Shown here piece by piece: positions 1 through 10,534 of a DNA stretch of 64,000 nt. The notes below the pieces were generated by a model. The model saw only the letters and a list, made by a program, of their open reading frames with translations. It did not search any database and had not been told where the DNA came from. The translations under genes were made by a program, and so were the position numbers. Source of the stretch: an uncultured virus (IMG/VR IMGVR_UViG_3300033994_001671) (lineage: Duplodnaviria > Heunggongvirae > Uroviricota > Caudoviricetes); IMG/VR virus record IMGVR_UViG_3300033994_001671, positions 1 to 64,000 of that record, one strand, 5' to 3'. The stretch's first letter is position 1. Every line of letters begins with the position of its first letter.

Positions 1-825
1 AACTCTTCAAAAACGACCGCGCTTGTCAAAGCCGCTGTGTCTGTACAGAAGAAGGGGCATTTGCCTGTTTTTATTATCACCGAGAAAAAATGGAGCTGGG
101 ACCATGCAGTAGAACTTGGTCTTGAAGCTAAAATGGTAGACGGAGAATGGGATGGTCAATTTATCTTTAATGATAACTTTGACTATATTGAACAAGTTAC
201 AGATTACATTAACGAACTATTAGACGAACAAGAAAAAGGTAATATTCCTTATTCTCTTTGTTTCCTTTGGGATTCAGTTGGTTCAGTTCCTTGTAAGATG
301 ACATTTGACGGTAAGGGTGGAAAACAACATAACGCATCTGTATTAGCTGATAAGATTGGTATGGGTATTCAGGCTCGTATTACCAAATCTCGTAAGGAAG
401 ATTATCCATACACAAACACAATGGTGGTAGTTAATCAACCTTGGGTTGAATTACCTGACAATCCATTTGGACAACCAACAATTAAAGCAAAAGGTGGTGA
501 AGCTCTTTGGTTGGCATCGGCTCTTGTATTCTTGTTTGGTAATCAGAAAAATGCTGGTATTAACCACATTACTGCCACTAAAAATGGTAGAACGGTATCT
601 TACGCTATCAGAACAAAAATATCTGTCCTAAAGAACCATATCAATGGATTAGGGTATAAAGATGGTAAGATTATCGCAACTGCTCAAGGATATATTGCTG
701 ACGATAAAGATGCTCTTGAAACATATAAGAAAGAGTATTCACAATATTGGAACGCAATCCTTACAGGAACAGGTGAAATAACTCTTGACGAGACTGAAGA
801 AACTTTTACAAACGAACAATTTTAA
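1..825 (+). CDS. recA: RecA/UvsX-like recombinase, 5'-truncated by window edge
   Basis: Frame is open from base 1 (NSSKTTALVKAA..., end of Walker A); Walker B-like FLWDSVGS; VVVNQ, KAKGGEAL and VLKNH motifs typical of the RecA family. Confidence 0.85.
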   Translation, partial: NSSKTTALVKAAVSVQKKGHLPVFIITEKKWSWDHAVELGLEAKMVDGEWDGQFIFNDNFDYIEQVTDYINELLDEQEKGNIPYSLCFLWDSVGSVPCKMTFDGKGGKQHNASVLADKIGMGIQARITKSRKEDYPYTNTMVVVNQPWVELPDNPFGQPTIKAKGGEALWLASALVFLFGNQKNAGINHITATKNGRTVSYAIRTKISVLKNHINGLGYKDGKIIATAQGYIADDKDALETYKKEYSQYWNAILTGTGEITLDETEETFTNEQF

Positions 826-834
826 TTTTAGTTC

Positions 835-1839
835 GTGAAAAAAACACTACTTGTTGACGGAAACAATCTAATGAAAATTGGGTTTCATGGTGTGAAGGAT
901 TACTTCCACAATGGAGAACACATTGGAGCGTTGTATCATTTTATGAATACACTTCGTAAATTCATTAACGAACAAAACTTTGATAAAGTAGTAGTATTAT
1001 GGGATGGTGAAGATTCCACGAGTTTACGTGGAATTCTTTATCCCAAATACAAACAAAACCGACGATTGGTTATGGAGGATGCTATCTTTATGTCCTATCT
1101 AAAACAAAAAAATCGTATCAAACAATATTTGGAAGAAGTCTATATAAGACAATTAGAGATTAGTGGAAGAGAAGCTGATGATTTAATTGCTTATTATTGT
1201 CAAGTATCTGAAAATGAAGATAAATTAATTTTTTCATCAGACAGAGACTTAACACAACTTATTTCCGAAAACGTGTCCATATACTCACCATCAGTTAAAG
1301 CTACGTTTAAACAGGGGGATAAGATTAAATTTGACGACTTTGAGTACCCACACTATAACGTAAAGACATTGAAGATATTAATTGGTGATAAATCAGATAA
1401 TATTGAAGGCATCTATCTTTTGGGTGAAAAAACTTTAGTTAAATTTTTTCCTCAAATACTTGAAACAGAAGTTTCTTATAACGATATTTTAACAAGAGCT
1501 GAAAATTTATTAAAAGAGAATAAAGACAATCAAGCTCTAAAGAATCTTTTAACAGGTAAAACAAAATCAGGTATTTTTGAAAAAGAATTTTTCCAAGTTA
1601 ATGAACAGATTGTTGACTTATCTAATCCTTTATTGAGTGATGAAGACAAAGAAGAAATACTATCAATTGTTACCGAAAAATTAGATATTGAAGGTAGAAG
1701 TTACAAGAACTTAATTAAGTATATGGTTCAAGACGGGTTATTTAAATACCTACCAAAGGGTGACGACTCATGGACATACTTCATCCAACCGTTCATGAAG
1801 TTAACAAGAAAAGAAAAAACAAAAACAAACAAAAAATAA
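835..1839 (+). CDS. 5'-3' exonuclease / flap endonuclease (T4 RNase H / PolI N-terminal-like)
   Basis: LLVDGNNL, YPKYKQNR, EADD, SSDRD, GDKSDNIEGI..LGEKT (helix-hairpin-helix); GTG start. Confidence 0.9.
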   Translation: MKKTLLVDGNNLMKIGFHGVKDYFHNGEHIGALYHFMNTLRKFINEQNFDKVVVLWDGEDSTSLRGILYPKYKQNRRLVMEDAIFMSYLKQKNRIKQYLEEVYIRQLEISGREADDLIAYYCQVSENEDKLIFSSDRDLTQLISENVSIYSPSVKATFKQGDKIKFDDFEYPHYNVKTLKILIGDKSDNIEGIYLLGEKTLVKFFPQILETEVSYNDILTRAENLLKENKDNQALKNLLTGKTKSGIFEKEFFQVNEQIVDLSNPLLSDEDKEEILSIVTEKLDIEGRSYKNLIKYMVQDGLFKYLPKGDDSWTYFIQPFMKLTRKEKTKTNKK

Positions 1840-1847
1840 CATAAATT

Positions 1848-2300
1848 ATGAAAGAACAAGACATTACCAAACTGGAATTCTTGATGACGGTAAACAACAA
1901 TTTTATCGTACAACGTTTTTTTAACGTTAAGGGGTATAGCCCAAAGGCTCACAACTCGGCTGAGTTGATTGATTTGATGGATGGTTTCATTTCAGAATTG
2001 AAAGAAAATTTCAAGATGAAAACTGTAAACTATATGTTGGACAATCAATATCAGATTAGTGAAGACCCTGAGGTATTGAACACATCATTTACTGATGGAC
2101 CTGAGTCGTTTAACATCTATATCAAAAATGGTGATACGACAATGTGTCATTATACGTTTGATGCTAAACTTTATCCACCTAAGGTGAGATACACCGTAGA
2201 CATACGCCCGTTCCTAAAAGGTATCCTTTTTGGTCTTACTGACGTGTTGTCATCTAGAAATTTAACACACGAATACATGGGTTATCAGCTGGCTCGTTGA
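1848..2300 (+). CDS. Hypothetical protein (150 aa)
   Basis: Clean ORF tightly packed in the replication operon; no recognised motif. Confidence 0.75.
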   Translation: MKEQDITKLEFLMTVNNNFIVQRFFNVKGYSPKAHNSAELIDLMDGFISELKENFKMKTVNYMLDNQYQISEDPEVLNTSFTDGPESFNIYIKNGDTTMCHYTFDAKLYPPKVRYTVDIRPFLKGILFGLTDVLSSRNLTHEYMGYQLAR

Positions 2301-2325
2301 TATTTATTCTAAAAACAAACATAAT

Positions 2326-3696
2326 ATGGCTGACAAAAATTTTGACTATTTGGGAGAGACCTTCCAATTACAACTTCTTAATCAAATGATACTTGATAAG
2401 GATTTTTCACACTCAATTATTGAGGTGATGGAATCTACTTATTTTGAAAACAAATACTTTAGATTATTTGTTCAGATGGTAAAAGAATACTATTCAAAGT
2501 TTGAACACAGTCCTAGTTTTGAGACAATTCAACAAAAAGCTAAGAGTGAAATTAGTCAGGAGTTATTATTAAAGATAACTCTTGACACTATTTCTGATAT
2601 ACAGAATGTTACCGAAGAGGGTACTCAGTTTGTTCAGGAAAAGGCATTGAAGTTTTGTAAACAACAAGAACTTCAAAAAGTTATGGATAAAGCTAAGAAA
2701 ATCATTGACCATGGTGAGTTTGAAAACTACGACACCTTGGAAGAAATGGTTAGAGGAGCTTTACAGGTTGGAAACGTGGATAGAGGAACGGGAGATGTGT
2801 TTCAAGACTTAGATGAGGTATTGGCGGATGATTATAGACATCCAATCCCTATGGGAATACCGGGTATTGACAATCTTTTGAAAGGTGGTTTGGCAAAAGG
2901 AGAAATTGGTGTTATATTAGCACCCACTGGTGTTGGTAAATCAACACTGACAACAAAGATTGCTAATCACGCTTTTAATTTAGGGTTTAATGTTTTACAA
3001 ATTTTCTTTGAGGATAACTATAAGATTATTCAGAGAAAACACTTTACGTGTTGGACGGGTATAGCACCTGACGAACTTGGTAATCATAAAGAAAAGGTTA
3101 TGGCTAAAATCTCAGAGATTAAAGAAACCATGCCAAACAAGTTGATTATGAAGAAGTTACCTTCGGACACATTAACTATGAATCAGATTAAGAATCAGAT
3201 TAGAAAGTTGATTGCCGATGGGACAAGGATTGATGTGGTTATTTTGGATTATATTGATTGTGTAACACCTGAAAAGATGATGGACGATGAATGGAAATCT
3301 GAGGGTTCAGTTATGAGAGCATTTGAATCAATGTGTCATGAATTGGATATTGCAGGTTGGACGGCAACACAGGGTAATAGAAGTTCTATTTCATCTGATG
3401 TGGTAACAACTGACCAAATGGGTGGTTCTATTAAGAAAGCTCAGGTAGGACACGTTATCATCACGGTGGCTAAGTCATTACAACAAAAAGAATTAAATCT
3501 TGCAACTATTGCTATCACAAAGTCAAGAATTGGTAAAGACGGGGTAGTATTTGAAAACTGTAAGTTCAATAACGAAATGTTAGAAATTGATACAGAAAGT
3601 ACTACAACATTCTTAGGACTTGAAGAACAGAAGGAAGAAAGAAATAGAAGTAGAATTAAAGAAATTATGGAGAAAAGAAAACAAACAACAGTATAA
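2326..3696 (+). CDS. dnaB: Replicative DNA helicase, DnaB/T4 gp41 family
   Basis: Walker A APTGVGKST, ILDYID, TATQGNR, KSRIG motifs. Confidence 0.93.
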   Translation: MADKNFDYLGETFQLQLLNQMILDKDFSHSIIEVMESTYFENKYFRLFVQMVKEYYSKFEHSPSFETIQQKAKSEISQELLLKITLDTISDIQNVTEEGTQFVQEKALKFCKQQELQKVMDKAKKIIDHGEFENYDTLEEMVRGALQVGNVDRGTGDVFQDLDEVLADDYRHPIPMGIPGIDNLLKGGLAKGEIGVILAPTGVGKSTLTTKIANHAFNLGFNVLQIFFEDNYKIIQRKHFTCWTGIAPDELGNHKEKVMAKISEIKETMPNKLIMKKLPSDTLTMNQIKNQIRKLIADGTRIDVVILDYIDCVTPEKMMDDEWKSEGSVMRAFESMCHELDIAGWTATQGNRSSISSDVVTTDQMGGSIKKAQVGHVIITVAKSLQQKELNLATIAITKSRIGKDGVVFENCKFNNEMLEIDTESTTTFLGLEEQKEERNRSRIKEIMEKRKQTTV

Positions 3697-3709
3697 TTAT
3701 TAAAACAAT

Positions 3710-4669
3710 ATGGAACAAAAAATGGAAAAATTATTAGAAGAAAATCCAAATCGTTTTGTGATATTCCCAATCAAGTACAACGATATTTGGGAATATTATA
3801 AGATGCATCAAGCCGCGTTTTGGACGGCAGAAGAAATTGATTTAAGCGGTGACCTACGTGATTGGGAAAACTTATCAGAGAACGAACAGTATTTTGTGAA
3901 AAATATTTTATCGTTTTTTGCAGCATCAGATGGTATCGTAAATGAAAACTTGGCTGAGAATTTCTACAGAGAAGTACAATATCCTGAGGCAAAATTCTTT
4001 TATGGAATTCAGTTGGCTATGGAAAACATCCATAGTCTAATGTACTCACTTCTTATTGATACTTACGTGTCAAATGAGGATGAGAAGAACAAATGTTTCA
4101 CTGCATTAGATAACCTACCGGCAGTTCAAAAGAAGGCTAAATGGGCTTTGGATTGGATTGAAAACGCATCTTTTCAAGAAAGATTGGTTGCGTTTGCTGC
4201 AGTTGAGGGTATCTTCTTTTCAGGTTCATTCTGTTCTATCTTTTGGTTGAAATCAAGAGGTATCATGCAAGGATTGTGTAACGCTAATGCTTTGATTTTC
4301 AAAGATGAAAACTTACATTGTGACTTTGCAATTCATTTATTAAATAATCACATTGAAAACAAACCGAGTGAAAAGAGAATTAAAGAAATTCTACTTTCAG
4401 CTCTTGAAATTGAAAAAGAATTCATCACTGAATCACTACCTGTTTCTTTAATTGGTATGAACCAAAACTTAATGAAACAATATCTTGAGTTTGTGGTTGA
4501 TGGATTATTGGTAAAGTTTGGATGTAAAAAACAATTTAATGTAGAACAACCGTTCAAATTCATGGAACAAATTGCAGTTGAAACAAAGGGTAATTTCTTT
4601 GAGTCACGTACCGTTGAATATCAAAAGGCCAAGTTAAATGAAACCCTATCCTTTACTGACGATTTTTAA
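3710..4669 (+). CDS. nrdB: Ribonucleotide reductase class Ia beta subunit
   Basis: [48 protein letters not shown] motifs. Confidence 0.97.
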   Translation: MEQKMEKLLEENPNRFVIFPIKYNDIWEYYKMHQAAFWTAEEIDLSGDLRDWENLSENEQYFVKNILSFFAASDGIVNENLAENFYREVQYPEAKFFYGIQLAMENIHSLMYSLLIDTYVSNEDEKNKCFTALDNLPAVQKKAKWALDWIENASFQERLVAFAAVEGIFFSGSFCSIFWLKSRGIMQGLCNANALIFKDENLHCDFAIHLLNNHIENKPSEKRIKEILLSALEIEKEFITESLPVSLIGMNQNLMKQYLEFVVDGLLVKFGCKKQFNVEQPFKFMEQIAVETKGNFFESRTVEYQKAKLNETLSFTDDF

Positions 4670-4688
4670 TTTATTATCTTTTTAAACT

Positions 4689-7121
4689 ATGATGTCACTT
4701 AAAATTAAAAAAAGAAGTGGAGATGATTCGTCATTTAATCCACAGAAAATTTATAACCGTATTAAAAGAGCTTCAAAGGGGTTGAGTGTCAACTCCGATG
4801 AAATCTTTATTAAGGTTATCACTTCAGTACCAACTGAAGGTATTATTACTACAAAAGAATTAGATAAGTTAATCTATGAAATTGCTGCGGCGTTTACAGG
4901 TAGTCATCACGATTACTCAAGATTAGCGTCTTCAGTTGCTATTTCATCTTATCATAAAGAAACTAATCCAAGTTTTTGTCAAACAATTAGAGAGTTATAT
5001 TCTGATGGAATTATCAATGATGGTTTGATAGAAATAATTGAAAGATACGGAGAGGAAAATATTGATAATGTTATTAATCACGACAATGATTACAATTTTG
5101 ACTATTTTGCTTGGAGGTCACTTGCTGAGATGTATCTTCTGAAATTGTCGGAAGGTAAAGTAGTTGAACGTCCACAACACATGTATATGAGAGTTGCTCT
5201 TTGGGTAACTAATACATTTAAGGAAGCGGTTGAGTATTACCAAGCGTTATCAACTCAAAGAATATCTCCGGCAACACCAATTATGATTAATGCTGGTACT
5301 AAAACACCACAACTTGCTTCTTGTGTTCTTCATTACAATGATTCGGATTCTCGTGAAGGTTTGTTAAACACCATGAGAGATATTTCAACTTACTCATCTG
5401 ATGCTGCGGGTATCGGACTATCAATGTCTAACATTCGTAGTAAGGAGAGTCGTATTTCATCTTCAGGTGGACACGCTGGTGGACTTTTAAAGTATTTGAA
5501 GATTGTAAATGAGTCACTTCGTTTCTTTAACCAACAAGGGCGTAGACCTGGTTCTGCGGCAATTTACTTGGAACCTTGGCATAAAGATATCTTTGACCTA
5601 TTGGAAATTAAAAAGAATACAGGCGCCGAGGAATTAAGAGCTCGTGATTTGTTTACCGCACTTTGGATTCCTGACAACTTTATGAACGCAGTTAAGAACA
5701 ACGACGATTGGTATTTGTTCTGTCCTAATGATATAATTAAGGCGGGTATAAAACCATTACAAGAAAGTTACGGTGATGAATACGAAGAAAATTATAAATT
5801 AGCCGTAAGTATGGGTCTTGGTAAGAAAGTTAAGGCTCAGGAGATTTGGAATAAGATTATTGAATCACAAGTTGAAACAGGTGTTCCATATTTATGTTCT
5901 AAAGATAGTGCTAACAGAAAGACAAACCATCAGAACATTGGTGTTATTAAACAATCAAACCTTTGTAATGAAATCTATCAATACACTGACGAGAATATAA
6001 CCGCAATCTGTACTCTTTCATCTATGGTGTTAAAGAACTATGTAAAAGATGGTGAGTTTGATTTTCAGGGATTGTATGAAGAAACTCGTAAGGTTGTAAG
6101 AGCGTTAAACAAAGTTGTTAACATCAACAATTACTCAACTGAAAAAGGACGTAAGGGTGGATTATACCAAAGAGCAATCGCTATTGGAACTCAAGGACTT
6201 GCAGACGTATTCTATTTGATGGATTACATTTTTACATCTGAGGAAGCTCGTAAATTAAATAAAGAAATTTTTGAAACAATCTATTTTGCGGCAATCACTG
6301 AAAGTAACAGATTGTGTATGGATGGTAAGTATGAACCGTATGCTTACTTTAAAGGGTCACCAATGTCACAAGGAGTATTCCAATTTGATATGTGGGGATT
6401 GAATGAAGATGAGTTATCAGGAAGATGGCCTTGGTCAACTCTAAAAGAGAATGTTAGTAAGTACGGAGTTTGTAACTCATTATTCACAGCTCAAATGCCT
6501 GTGGCATCTTCAGCTAAGATTACAGGTTCATATGAAATGACAGAACCTGCTCATTCGGCAATTTTCAACAGACGTGTAATTGGTGGTGAGATTATGATTG
6601 TTAACAAGTATTTGATTAGTGATTTTGAGAAGATTGGAATTTGGTCTGAGGACTTAAAGAATGAAATCATTATGAATGAAGGTTCAATTCAAGGAATTAA
6701 CTTCTTGAATTATTTGGACCCTGAAGATAAAAGATATAACTTTAAAGTTAAGAGAATTGAAAGACTGATTGAAAAGTATAAAACAATTTGGGAAATATCA
6801 CAAAAGGCATTGATTGAAATGGCGGCAGATAGAGCACCATTTATTGACCAATCACAATCAATGAATATCTACATGTCAAACCCAACATTATCAAAAATTT
6901 CATCATCACATTTCTACGGATGGGAAAAAGGATTAAAAACACTTTGTTATTACGTTAGAACAAGAGCAATCTCAACGGGAGCTAAACACTTAGCTATGGA
7001 CGTATCAAAAATTAACAAACCAAAACCAACACCTGAACCACCAAAGGTTGATTACAGTTATATGAATTTACCTCCAAAACCTGAGAATAGTGAATTTGAT
7101 TGTTTTGGTTGTTCATCATAA
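4689..7121 (+). CDS. nrdA: Ribonucleotide reductase class Ia alpha subunit with N-terminal ATP cone
   Basis: KIKKRSG ATP cone, ERPQHM, SPATP, QLASC, SNLCNEI, DQSQS, YY pair, C-terminal CFGC. Confidence 0.97.
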   Translation: MMSLKIKKRSGDDSSFNPQKIYNRIKRASKGLSVNSDEIFIKVITSVPTEGIITTKELDKLIYEIAAAFTGSHHDYSRLASSVAISSYHKETNPSFCQTIRELYSDGIINDGLIEIIERYGEENIDNVINHDNDYNFDYFAWRSLAEMYLLKLSEGKVVERPQHMYMRVALWVTNTFKEAVEYYQALSTQRISPATPIMINAGTKTPQLASCVLHYNDSDSREGLLNTMRDISTYSSDAAGIGLSMSNIRSKESRISSSGGHAGGLLKYLKIVNESLRFFNQQGRRPGSAAIYLEPWHKDIFDLLEIKKNTGAEELRARDLFTALWIPDNFMNAVKNNDDWYLFCPNDIIKAGIKPLQESYGDEYEENYKLAVSMGLGKKVKAQEIWNKIIESQVETGVPYLCSKDSANRKTNHQNIGVIKQSNLCNEIYQYTDENITAICTLSSMVLKNYVKDGEFDFQGLYEETRKVVRALNKVVNINNYSTEKGRKGGLYQRAIAIGTQGLADVFYLMDYIFTSEEARKLNKEIFETIYFAAITESNRLCMDGKYEPYAYFKGSPMSQGVFQFDMWGLNEDELSGRWPWSTLKENVSKYGVCNSLFTAQMPVASSAKITGSYEMTEPAHSAIFNRRVIGGEIMIVNKYLISDFEKIGIWSEDLKNEIIMNEGSIQGINFLNYLDPEDKRYNFKVKRIERLIEKYKTIWEISQKALIEMAADRAPFIDQSQSMNIYMSNPTLSKISSSHFYGWEKGLKTLCYYVRTRAISTGAKHLAMDVSKINKPKPTPEPPKVDYSYMNLPPKPENSEFDCFGCSS

Positions 7122-7141
7122 TTAACAATATCCGATGTGTT

Positions 7142-7170
7142 ATCCCGAGCTAGGTCGGGATTTTTTATTT
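7142..7170 (+). terminator. Intrinsic terminator after nrdA
   Basis: ATCCCGA-gctagg-TCGGGAT hairpin followed by a T run. Confidence 0.8.
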
Positions 7171-7188
7171 AAAGAGGTATTTATTATT

Positions 7189-7956
7189 ATGTCTAATATC
7201 ATACAAGAAGAAATTGAAAAAATAAGAAAAATGATGCTCTCAGAGAACATGGTTCAGGAGGGTGGTGAAAAAAAGTTAAAACAAACTTTAGACATTCTAA
7301 AAAAGAAAAAGAAAGTTTTATTATTAAGTTGTTCAAATAGATATAATTGGGATGATAAAAATATTGATGTCCCTAAATCAAAAATCTTAGCAATGTATTT
7401 AAATGAAGAACTTGGGGATAAATCAGTTTTCATGGATGTTTCTGAATTAAAAATATTTCCTTGTGAAGGAAATGTGTCTAGAGAAGAAGGTAATAGTTGT
7501 GGACTTTTAAAATCTTTACTTAAAGATGATAAAAAAAATCCTTCAGGATACCATAGATGTTGGGCTAGTTTAAATAATAAGTCAGATGAACTATGGAAAG
7601 TATCTAAAGAACTTTTTGAAGCGGATGCTGTAATATTTTTTAGTTCAGTGAGATGGGGACAAGCAAATATGTTCTATCAAAATTTAATTGAGAGATTAAC
7701 TTGGATTGAAAATAGACATGCTACTTTAGGTGAAAAAAATATAGTTGAAGGCATTGAGACAGGATTTATCTGTGTTGGACAAAACTGGAATGGTGAAGAT
7801 GTAACTAAAACCCAAATGAAAGTTCATGAGTTTTACGGATTTGAACCAAATAAGAAACTATATTGGAATTGGCAATACACAACAGATGTTTATGACGAAA
7901 GTAAATCTTCTTACAAAAAATCCCACAAAAAGTTTATTGACGATATGGGATTATGA
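7189..7956 (+). CDS. Flavodoxin-fold NAD(P)H-dependent FMN reductase / iron-sulfur flavoprotein-like protein
   Basis: VLLLSCSNR, IFPCEG..C..C, ADAVIFFSSVRWG, LIERL motifs. Start moved to ATG 7189 because the longer ORF overlaps the terminator and a TATTTAT motif precedes 7189. Confidence 0.75.
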   Translation: MSNIIQEEIEKIRKMMLSENMVQEGGEKKLKQTLDILKKKKKVLLLSCSNRYNWDDKNIDVPKSKILAMYLNEELGDKSVFMDVSELKIFPCEGNVSREEGNSCGLLKSLLKDDKKNPSGYHRCWASLNNKSDELWKVSKELFEADAVIFFSSVRWGQANMFYQNLIERLTWIENRHATLGEKNIVEGIETGFICVGQNWNGEDVTKTQMKVHEFYGFEPNKKLYWNWQYTTDVYDESKSSYKKSHKKFIDDMGL

Positions 7957-8128
7957 AATTGGTTATTATAGGTACTCACCCAAAGGAAAACCAATAATTG
8001 ATTGTATAAGTTACTACCCTATTAATGATTTTATAAACGAATATCTACTTAAACAAGAATTTGTAGAATTTGAATATGAAAATGAAACTCCAAAAACTAT
8101 TGAGGGTAAAATTATTGTTTTGATATAA
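7953..8128 (+). CDS. Small hypothetical protein; start uncertain, possibly frameshifted
   Basis: ATG 7953 overlaps the upstream stop but its frame closes after 14 codons; the -1 frame stays open to 8128. Confidence 0.35.
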
Positions 8129-8142
8129 ATTTAATTTTTCAG

Positions 8143-8149
8143 TATTTAT
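8143..8149 (+). promoter_or_regulatory. TATTTAT putative phage late-promoter motif (representative copy)
   Basis: Same heptamer 4-30 nt upstream of at least 10 gene starts (see findings). Confidence 0.6.
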
Positions 8150-8154
8150 TTAAT

Positions 8155-8607
8155 ATGGCAAATGGTGTAACATACGGTATTACTTTTCCTTTTAAAGATT
8201 CGCTAAATGGTAAATTTTTGGATTTATCAGATACAAGTGAAGAAGAAATTAGAAGTAGTTTAATACATTTATTACTTACAAGAAAAGGTAGTAGATATTT
8301 TATGCCAAACTTTGGGACAAGATTATATGAGTTTATTTTTGAACCACTTGATAGTCCTACTTTTGACCAAATAGAGACAGAAATAAAAGAAGCGGTTGAA
8401 ACTTACATACCAGGATTAACAATTACTTCAGTTAAAATTGAACCAGCGGTTGAGACTCAAGATACTTTACAAATAAATAATGAGTCGGCAACTGAATTTA
8501 ATTTTACTAATACTCCTGAAATTGAATACACCGCAAAAGTAAGAATAAATTATAATATTACAAATAATGTATTTAATACCGCAGGATTTGTAATTATTAA
8601 TATATAA
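8155..8607 (+). CDS. Baseplate wedge subunit, gp25/GPW family
   Basis: GITFPF, LIHLLLTRKGSRYFMPNFGTRLYEFIFEP motif. Confidence 0.9.
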   Translation: MANGVTYGITFPFKDSLNGKFLDLSDTSEEEIRSSLIHLLLTRKGSRYFMPNFGTRLYEFIFEPLDSPTFDQIETEIKEAVETYIPGLTITSVKIEPAVETQDTLQINNESATEFNFTNTPEIEYTAKVRINYNITNNVFNTAGFVIINI

Positions 8608-8611
8608 AACT

Positions 8612-10483
8612 ATGATATCATATACTACAAGGGATTTTCAGGCAATTAGATTAGAGTTAATAAATTATGTTAGAACTTATTATCCTGATTTAATTCAAAA
8701 CGTAAATGATGCTTCTGTTTTTTCTGTATTACTTGACTTAAACGCTGCGGTTACTGATAACTTAAATTATCATATTGATAGAAGTTTACAAGAAAGTGTT
8801 TTACAATTTGCACAACAACCAAGTTCACTTTATAATATTGCTCGAACTTATGGATTAAAAATTCCTGGAATGAGACCATCGATTTCATTGGTTGATTTTT
8901 CAATACAAGTTCCACCTTTTGGTGACGCTCCTGCTGTACAATCTAGTACAGGTACATTACAACCACCAGACTCTGCTTATTTTGGAATTTTAGCTAAAGG
9001 TAGTCAGGTAATTGGTGCTGGTCAAACTTTTGAAACTTTATACGATGTTGATTTTGGTAATGATTTTAATAGTGAAGGAATGGTTAACAGAACAGTAATT
9101 CCTAACTTTAACGCTAATAATATATTAATTAACTATACAATTACAAAAAGAGAAGTTGTTATTAATGGTATTACAAAAGTATTTAAGAGAGTTATTAATA
9201 CTCCTGAAACAAGACCATTTTTTGAATTTTTCTTACCTGAAAAAAACGTATTGGGTGTAACTGGTGTAATCTTAAAAGACGGTACTAATTACAACAACAT
9301 TCCTTCAGCACAAGAGTTTATGGATACTACAAACTTAACTAATAAGTGGTTTGAAGTTGAGGCTTTAGCTCAGGACAATATTTTTATCGAAGACCCAACA
9401 AAACCACAGGATGAAACAGGTATTAAGGTTGGTCGTTATTATAAAACAAACCAAAAGTTTATTACTGAATATACACCACAAGGATTTTTAAAATTAACTT
9501 TTGGTGGTGGAAATACATCCTCAGATGAACTATTAAGACAATTTACTACTAATGGTACTCCTTTAGACATATCGAAATATCAAAATAACTATTCTTTAGG
9601 TTCAACACTTAAAGGTAATTCAACATTATTTGTTCAGTATCGTGTTGGAGGTGGATTGGTAAGTAATCTTGGACCTGGTTCAATTACTCAACTTGGAACT
9701 GTGAACTTTAATGTATATGGTAGTGACCAAAATAAAGTTACTGCAGTAATTAATTCTTTATCTTGTAACAACATATTACCATCAATTGGTGGTGCAAATT
9801 ATCCAAGCATTGAAGAAATTAGAAATTTAATAACATTTAACTTTGCCGCACAAAACAGAGCGGTAACTATTAATGATTACGAAGCGATTATTAGAAAAAT
9901 GCCTTCAAGATTTGGAGCACCTGCTAAAGTTGCAATTACTGAGGTTGATAATAAAATAAACGTACAAATTTTGTCATACGATTCTACAGGAGCGTTAACT
10001 GAAGTAGTATCTGGTACAATAAAAAATAATATTGCAACTTATTTGTCAAATTACAGAATGATGAATGATTATATCCAAGTTCTTTCGGCTCAAGTAATTG
10101 ATTTAGCGTTTGACATTTTTATTGTACTTAATAGTTCACAAAATCAGGGTGTTGTAATTTCAAATATAATATCAAGGATTAATACTTATATGAGTCCAAG
10201 TAATCGAGGTATGGGTGAAAATCTTTATATATCACAATTAAGAGCGTTAATACAAAGTGAAGAAGGTGTTATTACTGTTGCATCTATAAATGTGTATAAC
10301 CGAGTTGGTGGATTATATTCATCATCACAAGTTTCTCAATCATATTCTAATACAACAACAAAAGAAATTAAGGTTATAGAAGATACTATTTACGCAGAAC
10401 CAAATCAAATTTTTAATATTAGATTCCCTGATAAGGACATTAAAGTGTCAGTTAAAAATCTAACAACAGTTAATTTCAGTTAA
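8612..10483 (+). CDS. Baseplate wedge protein, T4 gp6 / baseplate J-like
   Basis: YTTRDFQAIR N-terminus, LTFGGG, YRVGGG..SN, AQNRAVTINDY; follows gp25. Confidence 0.85.
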   Translation: MISYTTRDFQAIRLELINYVRTYYPDLIQNVNDASVFSVLLDLNAAVTDNLNYHIDRSLQESVLQFAQQPSSLYNIARTYGLKIPGMRPSISLVDFSIQVPPFGDAPAVQSSTGTLQPPDSAYFGILAKGSQVIGAGQTFETLYDVDFGNDFNSEGMVNRTVIPNFNANNILINYTITKREVVINGITKVFKRVINTPETRPFFEFFLPEKNVLGVTGVILKDGTNYNNIPSAQEFMDTTNLTNKWFEVEALAQDNIFIEDPTKPQDETGIKVGRYYKTNQKFITEYTPQGFLKLTFGGGNTSSDELLRQFTTNGTPLDISKYQNNYSLGSTLKGNSTLFVQYRVGGGLVSNLGPGSITQLGTVNFNVYGSDQNKVTAVINSLSCNNILPSIGGANYPSIEEIRNLITFNFAAQNRAVTINDYEAIIRKMPSRFGAPAKVAITEVDNKINVQILSYDSTGALTEVVSGTIKNNIATYLSNYRMMNDYIQVLSAQVIDLAFDIFIVLNSSQNQGVVISNIISRINTYMSPSNRGMGENLYISQLRALIQSEEGVITVASINVYNRVGGLYSSSQVSQSYSNTTTKEIKVIEDTIYAEPNQIFNIRFPDKDIKVSVKNLTTVNFS

Positions 10484-10534
10484 CATCATTTATTTTTTGA
10501 AAATCGTGTGTAAACTATTTATTAAAAAACACAC

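Noticed and set aside
2326..7121. Inteins, introns or homing endonucleases in dnaB/nrdA/nrdB
   Set aside because: ORFs are uninterrupted and of normal length, with no splicing motifs visible
3710..7121. Eukaryotic giant-virus origin suggested by eukaryote-like RNR, GT60 and mucin/collagen-like repeats
   Set aside because: gp25/gp6 baseplate, DnaB, RecA, sigma70, intrinsic terminators and coupled operons indicate a bacteriophage
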